Shown here: one piece after another, positions 7,138 through 14,066 of the stretch | How the letters are laid out: every line of letters begins with the position of its first letter | Numbering within the stretch: the stretch's first letter is position 1 | DNA from: an uncultured Fibrobacterales bacterium | GTDB lineage: Bacteria; Fibrobacterota; Fibrobacteria; Fibrobacterales; CAWVXU01 | Reading direction: 5' to 3' | Assembly: GCA_963934255.1 (NCBI GenBank) | Contig: CAWVXU010000070.1 | Span: 1-14,066, forward strand | DNA length: 14,066 bases | The notes under the pieces: generated by a model | The model's database searches: none | What the model saw: the letters and a program-made list of their open reading frames with translations, nothing else | What the model was told of the DNA's origin: nothing | Translations under genes and position numbers: made by a program

Positions 7138-8652
7138 CTAGTTAATCAAAAATTGTTCTTTTAAGAAATCAAGGTCAAGTTCTGGGTAGAGAGGGTATTT
7201 TGCTAAAAGCAATTTAACTCGACCTAAAGCTTCTTCTTTAACCGAATCAGCAATTAAATAGTTGATTTTAGAAGGTTTACCAGCATTAGGCCCTGAAGCG
7301 ACAACACCTGATTGGGTATTTTCAATGACAAGCTTCACAATCGAAGCAATTTCTTTCATATCGTCAACGCCCATTCCAAGAGATGTCATTGCAGGGGTAC
7401 CAAGACGAAGCCCTGAAGTGATCATTGGTGATAATTTATCAAATGGTATGCCATTTTTGTTACACGTGATCCCACAATCCCGCAGCGCAGAAGCACCTTG
7501 ACGGCCAGAGACACCAAATGGCGTCACATCTACAAGCATGAGGTGGTTTTCTGTCCCGCCAGTTGTAATGACCATTCCTAGATTTTGAAGTTCAGCAGCA
7601 AGAGCAGCAGCATTATCTACAACATTCTGAGCATATTCTTTAAAATCATCAGATAAAGCTTCTTTGAAAGCAACTGCTTTAGCTGCCATCACATGAGAAA
7701 GTGGCCCCCCAAGTACTAATGGACAACCTTTATCCATGAATGGTCCAAATTCTTTCGTAGAAAGAATGATACCACCACGAGGTCCACGTAAAGTTTTGTG
7801 AGTAGTTGATGTTACAACATCGGCATATCCAAATGGAGACTCTTCGCCTTTAAAGACTCCACCAGCTACTAGGCCCGAAAAATGAGCCATATCACACATA
7901 AGTACTGCACCCACTTTATCTGCGATCTCACGCATGCGTTTGAAATTAATTGCGCGAGGGTAAGCTGAGTAACCAGCAATGAGAATGAGAGGTTGAACTT
8001 CAATCGCTTGAGCTTCGATTGCATCATAATCATAAAGCCCCGTCTCTGCACTGACACCATGGCTGTGTGCGTCAAACATTTTACCGGAAACATTATGCCT
8101 ATAGCCATGAGTCAAATGACCACCAGCTGCTAGATTTAGACCTAAAATCGACTGATTTCCCAGCTTAGTGCGGATTGTCTCCCAATCTTCTTGAGAAAGT
8201 GCGTCCGGATTTTTCACTTTTAAAATTTCTAGTTCAGGAACTTGAATACGAGCCTGAAGGATTCCCCAGAAGGCTACCATATTGGCATCTGCGCCTGAGT
8301 GAGGCTGTACAAATGCGTGCTCTGCACCAAAAAGTTCACAAGCAAGTGCACAGGCGCGAGCTTCGATTGAGTCTACATTGTCACAACCCTCGTAAAAACG
8401 AGCATTGGCAAAGCCTTCTGCGTATTTGTCTGTGAGTAAGTTACCCATAGCCAGCTGAGTTGAAAGTGAACAATAATTTTCAGAAGCAATCAGCTTAAGG
8501 TTAGAACGTTGATCGTCAAATTCTTGAACAATCGATGATACTATCTCAGGTGCTACTTTAGCGACAGAAGTGAGGTTTGCAACATAGGCAACCATCTCAG
8601 TGTTTATTTTCTCTGATGGGGTTTTAGCCAAATAAGTATTTAATGCGTTCAT
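7138..8652 (-). CDS. glyA: Serine hydroxymethyltransferase, long form (~504 aa)
   Basis: LKLIASENY, DKYAEG, VQPHSGADAN, GGHLTHG, DMAHFSGLVAG, PLP-lysine motif STTHKTLRGPRGG, SGLRLGTPA. Start set at ATG 8652 because the GGAGA SD overlaps the TTG at 8664. Confidence 0.97.
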   Translation of the reverse strand: MNALNTYLAKTPSEKINTEMVAYVANLTSVAKVAPEIVSSIVQEFDDQRSNLKLIASENYCSLSTQLAMGNLLTDKYAEGFANARFYEGCDNVDSIEARACALACELFGAEHAFVQPHSGADANMVAFWGILQARIQVPELEILKVKNPDALSQEDWETIRTKLGNQSILGLNLAAGGHLTHGYRHNVSGKMFDAHSHGVSAETGLYDYDAIEAQAIEVQPLILIAGYSAYPRAINFKRMREIADKVGAVLMCDMAHFSGLVAGGVFKGEESPFGYADVVTSTTHKTLRGPRGGIILSTKEFGPFMDKGCPLVLGGPLSHVMAAKAVAFKEALSDDFKEYAQNVVDNAAALAAELQNLGMVITTGGTENHLMLVDVTPFGVSGRQGASALRDCGITCNKNGIPFDKLSPMITSGLRLGTPAMTSLGMGVDDMKEIASIVKLVIENTQSGVVASGPNAGKPSKINYLIADSVKEEALGRVKLLLAKYPLYPELDLDFLKEQFLIN

Positions 8653-8670
8653 TTGTTTCTCCAAATTAAA

Positions 8671-8747
8671 TCTGACCCAGACACACGATCAAATTGAATT
8701 AAGGCTTCCCTAAGGTTGTTTCCTAAAACGTGTCGGTTGCAATTGAT
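8671..8747 (-). ncRNA. ZMP/ZTP (pfl) riboswitch, divergent, in the glyA leader
   Basis: RNA: AAUUGC-AACC-GACAC-GUUUU-AGG aaacaa CCU-UAGGGAA-GCcuuAAUU-linker-UGAUC-GU-GUGUC-UG-GGUCA. It has the P3 stem, the terminal CUGGG signature and a 5-bp pseudoknot GACAC/GUGUC. glyA is a known target of this class. Confidence 0.8.
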
Positions 8748-8951
8748 ACTAATTTAGATTTTGAGGTTCATTTTAGGGGTAATTTAGGGAGGTAAAATGA
8801 AAAAAGCTTGCCACATTGAAGCGCCTCATTCATTTCAGATATGATAAGTCACTTACCCAGCTAACCTTCTTGGGTATTTGAAAAATCGCTAAGTCTATGG
8901 TATTTAATCACTTAGAAGCGCAGGAGTAAAACATTGATGTGGGCCAACTAC

Positions 8952-10181
8952 TTAAGTTGAATATTCGGCATTAATTCTCACATACTCATAAGATAAATCT
9001 GAGGTCCAAATTGAAGTACTTGCATCACCAAGATCTAAGGAAATGTCGATGACAAATTCTTTTTTTAAAGCAATTGCTTCTAATTTGTCGCTTGGAGTTG
9101 AGGCTGGCTCGCCTGCCATCAGCACATAGGCGTCATCGTATTTAATTGAAATTTTCTCTGGATGAATAGGAACTCCAGTATTTCCTATTGCCGCTATGAT
9201 TCGTCCCCAATTTGGATCGTTTCCAAACAACGCGGTTTTGACGAGTTTAGAATTGGCAACATATCGAGCAATCAGGCGAGCTTCTTGGCGACTTCTGGCC
9301 TGGCGAACTTTAATTTCTACAAATTTGGTTGCACCTTCACCATCACGGATGATTTTCTGAGCGAGATCCGCAAATACATAAAAAATGGCTTTTCTGAATT
9401 CACCTTGCTCAGCCAAAGATAAATCTTCATATTTGATTCCTGAACCTTTGGACGACATCAAAAGAGCCGTATCATTAGTTGAGGTATCGCCATCTACGGT
9501 AATTGAGTTAAAACTATCATCAACTATCGCTTTAAACTCGGCTTCAAAATCAGCACTTAGCTCAACATCTGTGGTGACAAATGCCAACATCGTCGCCATG
9601 TTCGGGTGAATCATCCCGGACCCTTTAGAGGCACCAGCAATTCTAATTTCGCCTAAGTGAGTGTCAATCTTCACTGCAATTTCTTTGCGGCAAGTGTCAG
9701 TTGTTAATATCGCCTCAGCAAAAAGTCCACTTGCATCCAATGTATCTGTGTCTTTGGAAAGCTGATTTTTGAGTTGAGGAAGAGCGTTTTTAATGGTTTC
9801 CATCGGGAGTTGTACGCCGATAATTCCCGTTTGACATATTAGTATACTTCCGGGCTCGAGATCAAAAAAAATTTCAGTCAATTGCACGAGCTCTTGAGCA
9901 TTCTCCATCCCCAAGGTCCCGGTACATGCGTTGGCATTACCTGAGTTAATCAAGCACCCCCGAGTCATAGAGTTTTCACCTAAAATTTTTTGACTTAAAA
10001 CCACCGGTGCCGCCACCACTTGGTTTTGAGTAAATGCTCCAAATGTTCTAACATCTTCATCAGAAATAATAATAGCCAAATCATGCTTCTTGGAAGCTTT
10101 GATACCTGCTTTGATACCTGCAACTTGAAAGCCCCGAGGCCAAGCGACACCTGAATTTTCAACAATATGAAACTGATTCAT
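8952..10181 (-). CDS. argJ: Glutamate N-acetyltransferase / ornithine acetyltransferase ArgJ
   Basis: FTQN..AAPV, INSGNANACTG, TGIIG, AILTTDT, autocleavage motif KGSGMIHPNMATML, VDGDTSTNDT, DGEGATK, LVKTALFGNDPNWGRI, YVRINAEY. ATG 10181 follows a GGAGA SD (ORF track uses TTG 10193). Confidence 0.97.
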   Translation of the reverse strand: MNQFHIVENSGVAWPRGFQVAGIKAGIKASKKHDLAIIISDEDVRTFGAFTQNQVVAAPVVLSQKILGENSMTRGCLINSGNANACTGTLGMENAQELVQLTEIFFDLEPGSILICQTGIIGVQLPMETIKNALPQLKNQLSKDTDTLDASGLFAEAILTTDTCRKEIAVKIDTHLGEIRIAGASKGSGMIHPNMATMLAFVTTDVELSADFEAEFKAIVDDSFNSITVDGDTSTNDTALLMSSKGSGIKYEDLSLAEQGEFRKAIFYVFADLAQKIIRDGEGATKFVEIKVRQARSRQEARLIARYVANSKLVKTALFGNDPNWGRIIAAIGNTGVPIHPEKISIKYDDAYVLMAGEPASTPSDKLEAIALKKEFVIDISLDLGDASTSIWTSDLSYEYVRINAEYST

Positions 10182-10248
10182 CAGTATCTCCAAAATATTT
10201 TTCCAAAAAATTAGTCTTTATTTGGTGAAAAGGTATATTTGAAGGAAT

Positions 10249-10291
10249 AAAAGCAGAACCTAGTCCTCACTAGGGGTTGTTTTGTACTTTT
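10249..10291 (+). promoter_or_regulatory. Terminator-like hairpin in the argJ/greA divergent spacer (greA leader)
   Basis: CCUAGU-CCUC-ACUAGG core, extendable by AAAGCAG/UUGUUUU, followed by a U-rich run. Candidate -10 TATATT at 10234-10239 lies upstream. Confidence 0.5.
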
Positions 10292-10313
10292 AAAATAAGA
10301 ATTAAAGAGGTTT

Positions 10314-10787
10314 ATGATGAGTGAATCAGTTCCAATGAATCAGTCTACCCACGACGATCTTAGTGCTGAAATGCACAACCTAAAAAAGGTTGAACGTCCT
10401 ATAGTGATAGAAGCTATTACGGTTGCTCGTGAAAATGGTGATTTAAAAGAAAATGCAGATTACCATGCAGCTCGTGAAAAGCAAGGTCATATTGAAGACC
10501 GCATCAAGTATATTGAAGATCGTCTGGCACGTTCAGAGATTATATCTGTAGACACTGCTTCTGCCGAGCACATCATCTTTGGCGCTATTGTGACTGTTCA
10601 AAATTTGGCCACTTCTAAAGAACAAGTTTTTGAGCTAGTTTCTCAAGACTCAGTCGAGCCGCTGAAAGGCAAAATCAGCTCAACATCTCCAATTGGTAAA
10701 GCACTCATTGGTAAAAAACGTGGTGAAGTTGCTGATGTGCAAACTCCTCGGGGTTTGAAACAATTTAAGGTCATCGATTATAATTGA
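10314..10787 (+). CDS. greA: Transcription elongation factor GreA
   Basis: ARENGDLKENADYHAARE (catalytic D and E present), FGAIV, ISSTSPIGKALIGK, TPRG. AAGAGG SD, start at 10314 or 10317. Confidence 0.96.
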   Translation: MMSESVPMNQSTHDDLSAEMHNLKKVERPIVIEAITVARENGDLKENADYHAAREKQGHIEDRIKYIEDRLARSEIISVDTASAEHIIFGAIVTVQNLATSKEQVFELVSQDSVEPLKGKISSTSPIGKALIGKKRGEVADVQTPRGLKQFKVIDYN

Positions 10788-10831
10788 GTCCTCAAAGTTT
10801 TAATGGTTTCTGAAAGTTTTAAGGCAATACA

Positions 10832-11809
10832 ATGATTAATCTTTACAAAGGTGATGATGCCGTTTCTAGAAAAAAAGCTCTCAACAAAGATGTTGAGAAA
10901 TTTCTAGGTACGCTTATTTCTGACCCTTTTAGTAAAGAGGTTATTCAATGCCAGGATACTTCGTCAGAAACTCCCGCACTTGATCGTTTTTTTCAATCAG
11001 GCAGTGGAAATTCAATGTTCGCCGATAAAAAGGCAATTATACTTAAAGGCGTTGAATCACTTGGGGTCAACCAACTCAAAGAGTTGAGCAACTTTTTAAA
11101 AACAGCTTCTGAGACTAATGGTTACTTCTTTGAAGGGGCCAAAGTAGATGCTCGGAGTGAATTTTCTAAAACCATCAAAAAAATGGGTGAAATTAAAGAT
11201 TTCAAAGCTCCGCGCGATTATGAATTACCCAAATGGGCAATGGGAAGAGCGCGCGATTTTCAATTTAAGATGCATGAGTCCGTCGCCAAGCATTTAATTG
11301 AACTCACCGGACCCGATATTCCTCGAATTGACAACGAATTCGAAAAACTTCGCAACTTTGCCCCAGATTCTTCTGAAATTTCCATTGATATGATTCGAGA
11401 AGTGGTCGTTTCAAATAATGAAGGCAATATTTTTGACTTAATTAACGCTTTTGGACATCGAAATGCACTTGATTTTGTCAAAAACTTCCGTTTGATTGAA
11501 AATGCGAGTAAACCTGGAGCACAACTTGGATCTAGTATGATTGTTCAATTCATGAATCATGTCCAGACTCTGATTATCACCAACGGTTTATTAAAAGAGG
11601 GTGTGGCACCCAATCAAATTGCCAAAGAAATGAAAATCCACGAATACTTATTTACCAAGATTAATAACGTACCTGCTCAATCGGCCAAAAGACCCTTAGC
11701 CCTTTTAGAACGAATTTTGGTTCGTCTTTCTGAAATTGATGCTCAACTCAAAGATGGTACAATCAGGAATAATTTGCAGTTTGAAACCGCTCTTGTGGCG
11801 ATGTTATAG
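10832..11809 (+). CDS. holA: DNA polymerase III delta subunit
   Basis: LYKGDD N-terminus, SMFADKKAIILK clamp-binding segment, LIELTG.D...IDNEFEKL, NIFDLINA, LSEIDAQLKDG. Typical length. Confidence 0.85.
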   Translation: MINLYKGDDAVSRKKALNKDVEKFLGTLISDPFSKEVIQCQDTSSETPALDRFFQSGSGNSMFADKKAIILKGVESLGVNQLKELSNFLKTASETNGYFFEGAKVDARSEFSKTIKKMGEIKDFKAPRDYELPKWAMGRARDFQFKMHESVAKHLIELTGPDIPRIDNEFEKLRNFAPDSSEISIDMIREVVVSNNEGNIFDLINAFGHRNALDFVKNFRLIENASKPGAQLGSSMIVQFMNHVQTLIITNGLLKEGVAPNQIAKEMKIHEYLFTKINNVPAQSAKRPLALLERILVRLSEIDAQLKDGTIRNNLQFETALVAML

Positions 11810-13584
11810 TGAAAACTCTGTTACAATCTTTATATAAATCCGCCTTCACAGCACTTTTTGTGTGTTTTAGCTTGGCGTTTTCTTGGCCTGTAGCTGTGGA
11901 TCACCCCGTAAATGCATTTATCAAAAAAATGGAACTCAAAGGCCTCATTGACATTCAAGGTTTAAATACTTTGCCCTTGCAATCTGGTGTCATCCAAGAT
12001 GCATTGATCCTACTTGCAAAGAAATCATCTCAACTTGCTCCCCTACAAAGAAAAAAACTGAGGTATTTTTTAATTGAATACGGGATCACAAAAGACCCTT
12101 CGTTATACCCCTTAAGGTATAAAGAGAGGTATAGTAAAATAAAAACTTCAGACGCTGGATCAACAAGAAGATCGGAGCAAAAGTCATTTAGTCGAGATGT
12201 AAAAAGCATTCATTTTTCCGGTTTTTATGATTTGGACTATGCTCAATCAGACTCAAATGATGCACAATATGGTACACTATGGGATATAATTGGAGGGCAA
12301 TTTGAAGGACAATGGGGTGAAAACATCTCTTATCAAGCCCAAGCAGGTGTCATCAGAGACTATTCTAGCGAAGCTAGATTTAGTGACACCTATGACCCCT
12401 CGCTCGGCCTTCCTTATAATACTCCCGATAATCGCCTAGGTGAGGGCGCGGTTTTCACTAATGCTTCTCAAGATGCTTTTCGCGCAATATTCTCTTGGAC
12501 ACCGGATATCTTTACTCTTGAATTTGGCCAAGATTGGAATCAGTGGGGGCCAGGGATTGAACAGCACTCAGGAATTTCGTCTTCAGGGTATTTGTGGTTA
12601 CAAGATTCTCTTAATAACGATCAGATCATCGGTCCCAATAATAGCCTAACAGACTCCAGTCTCTACACTCCCTATTGGAAAGGTGTGCGAAGAGGATATT
12701 TTAAGCCAGGGCAAGCGCCTCCCATGCCACAATTTCGAATAAGAATGGATTGGGGTAAAGTTACCTATCTTCAATTTGCTGCACAAAGACAAGGTCTTAT
12801 CCACACTCCCAAGGCCATGCTTTTTGGACACCGTATTGAAGTCAAGCTCCATGATTGGAAGCTCGGTATTTATGAGCTTATTTCTACATCGAGAGAAGAC
12901 AACAGTTGGACTTATTGGACTCCTTTAGTCCCCTATTTCGTTGCAGAGCATCACACAGGTGATCGTGATAACACGACTCTAGGTCTTGATGTTGATTATA
13001 AAATCATCAACAATTTAAGAGCTTATGCCGAATTATTCCTTGATGATATGTTGTCTCCTACTGAAATTCACAAAAACTATTGGGGTAATAAGTACGCCTT
13101 GACCATTGGCTTTGAATGGATTGACTTCTTTACCTGGGGGAATTCATTTCAACTGGAATATGCTCGCGTAGAGCCCTGGCTTTTTTCCCATGTGACTGCA
13201 GATAATCAATTTCAAAATCATGGTTTCCTTATCGGTAGCTCACTTCCACCTAATTCCCATCAAGTTTTTAGTTCCTACACCCAAAACATATTTGATATCC
13301 TAGCAATCAATTTAGCTTACACTTGGCAGCAACATCAATTGTACGATAGAGGAAGCTCTATCTTAGATTTACACAGTGAAGAATTTGATTCTGCCACTAA
13401 GGTATTTCTCGGCGAAAAACCAAAAACGTCTCACATTGTAGATGCTAGTGTAGTCTGGGCACCATGGTATTATAGTGACTTTGAAGCTGGCTTGAGATAT
13501 GTTAATAATTCAAACCAAGGTGTTTTAGCGAACCAATCATCTGAAATTAATACAATTTGGCTCAAAACCTCAGTAAGATATTAA
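11809..13584 (+). CDS. Capsule assembly Wzi-like outer-membrane beta-barrel protein
   Basis: Sec signal peptide, helical N-terminal region, GQDWNQWGPG, FGHRIE, GDRDN, YAELFLDD, EYARVEPW, IGSSLPPNS, C-terminal aromatic residue (KTSVRY). GTG overlaps the holA stop. Confidence 0.7.
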   Translation: MKTLLQSLYKSAFTALFVCFSLAFSWPVAVDHPVNAFIKKMELKGLIDIQGLNTLPLQSGVIQDALILLAKKSSQLAPLQRKKLRYFLIEYGITKDPSLYPLRYKERYSKIKTSDAGSTRRSEQKSFSRDVKSIHFSGFYDLDYAQSDSNDAQYGTLWDIIGGQFEGQWGENISYQAQAGVIRDYSSEARFSDTYDPSLGLPYNTPDNRLGEGAVFTNASQDAFRAIFSWTPDIFTLEFGQDWNQWGPGIEQHSGISSSGYLWLQDSLNNDQIIGPNNSLTDSSLYTPYWKGVRRGYFKPGQAPPMPQFRIRMDWGKVTYLQFAAQRQGLIHTPKAMLFGHRIEVKLHDWKLGIYELISTSREDNSWTYWTPLVPYFVAEHHTGDRDNTTLGLDVDYKIINNLRAYAELFLDDMLSPTEIHKNYWGNKYALTIGFEWIDFFTWGNSFQLEYARVEPWLFSHVTADNQFQNHGFLIGSSLPPNSHQVFSSYTQNIFDILAINLAYTWQQHQLYDRGSSILDLHSEEFDSATKVFLGEKPKTSHIVDASVVWAPWYYSDFEAGLRYVNNSNQGVLANQSSEINTIWLKTSVRY

Positions 13585-13672
13585 TTCGCTTCAGTTATAA
13601 ACCTCGGATTCTTAGCCTAAATCACCCCAAAAGACTTTTCTTTCTCAAACTTCAATAAAAACTATTTTTTAC

Positions 13673-13701
13673 TTGTTTGAGCTTTGGCTTTGTTGTATCA
13701 T
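13673..13701 (+). promoter_or_regulatory. Possible sigma70 promoter for the patatin gene
   Basis: TTGTTT (13673-13678), 17 nt spacer, TATCAT (13696-13701). AT-rich context makes this weak. Confidence 0.3.
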
Positions 13702-13734
13702 ATTTTTAGGACTCTTTCCCGATTGATGTATTAT

Positions 13735-14066
13735 ATGAATAAACCCAAAAGAATCGGACTTGCACTTGGAGGTGGTGGCGCTAGAGGCTTCGCTCATCTA
13801 GGTGTTTTAAGAGCTTTGGAAAAAGCAGGCATTCCTATTGCTGTTTATTCAGGAACATCTATGGGGGCCATTCTTGGAGCGGCGTTTTTACAAACCAAAG
13901 AGTTCAAGAAATCTCACCGAAAAGTAAAAAATTTCGTCATTAATTATGCCCAAAAATTTAGTGGACTCAACTATGTGGAAACCGACAAAAAACCGAACAC
14001 GAATTTATTTGAAACTTTGGGTCGGCAATTTTCACGGGGTAAAACACTTTATAACTTTCTGAGACA
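13735..14066 (+). CDS. Patatin-like phospholipase (RssA/NTE family), truncated by the window end
   Basis: Manual translation MNKPKRIGLALGGGGARGFAHLGVLRALEKAGIPIAVYSGTSMGAILGA gives the oxyanion GGGGARG and nucleophile GTSMG motifs. Alternative in-frame ATG at 13726. Confidence 0.93.
   Translation, partial: MNKPKRIGLALGGGGARGFAHLGVLRALEKAGIPIAVYSGTSMGAILGAAFLQTKEFKKSHRKVKNFVINYAQKFSGLNYVETDKKPNTNLFETLGRQFSRGKTLYNFLR

Noticed and set aside
8854..8916. Weak inverted repeats TACCCA/TGGGTA and CTAAGT/ACTTAG downstream of argJ
   Set aside because: Short stems, long loops and no good U-tract on the argJ strand. They cannot be called as a terminator or recombination site.
8653..8950. Glycine or THF riboswitch upstream of glyA
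   Set aside because: Their consensus elements are not evident, whereas the ZTP architecture fits.
10788..10822. Small hairpin TTGAG/CTCAA and repeated AAAGTTTTAA after greA
   Set aside because: Too weak and AT-rich to distinguish from chance. greA-holA read-through is plausible.
607..12852. Short alternative-frame and antisense ORFs in the track (e.g. 607-813, 1707-1958, 2827-3135, 3695-3925, 3717-3980, 5066-5287, 7262-7501, 8175-8435, 9162-9609, 11260-11481, 12440-12852)
   Set aside because: All lie within or almost wholly overlap well-supported genes and show no recognisable motifs, so they are treated as shadow ORFs.

Overview
AT-rich bacterial chromosomal segment, probably Fibrobacterota/FCB group (inferred from the C-terminally extended L21, the long-form SHMT and a Wzi-like barrel). 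It is mostly housekeeping. Minus strand, in transcription order: argJ, glyA, a cheC-like gene coupled to a PAS-GGDEF-EAL gene, rplU, rpmA, a large FN3-like/FGE-sulfatase-fold lipoprotein, mnmA. Plus strand: greA, holA, a Wzi-like outer-membrane protein and a truncated patatin gene missing from the ORF track. I saw no mobile element, CRISPR array, rRNA or tRNA. Best leads: (1) a divergent ZMP/ZTP (pfl) riboswitch before glyA with a compensatory pseudoknot and a U->C change in the conserved ACUG; (2) a two-gene c-di-GMP unit pairing a CheC-like protein with both catalytic motifs degenerate with a GGDEF-EAL protein whose EAL general base is Asp, with no receiver gene nearby; (3) a lipoprotein whose FGE/CLec-like domain has a ~100-aa insertion and many D-S/T glycosylation-type sequons; (4) a terminator-like hairpin in the greA leader. 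Novelty could not be checked without database searches.
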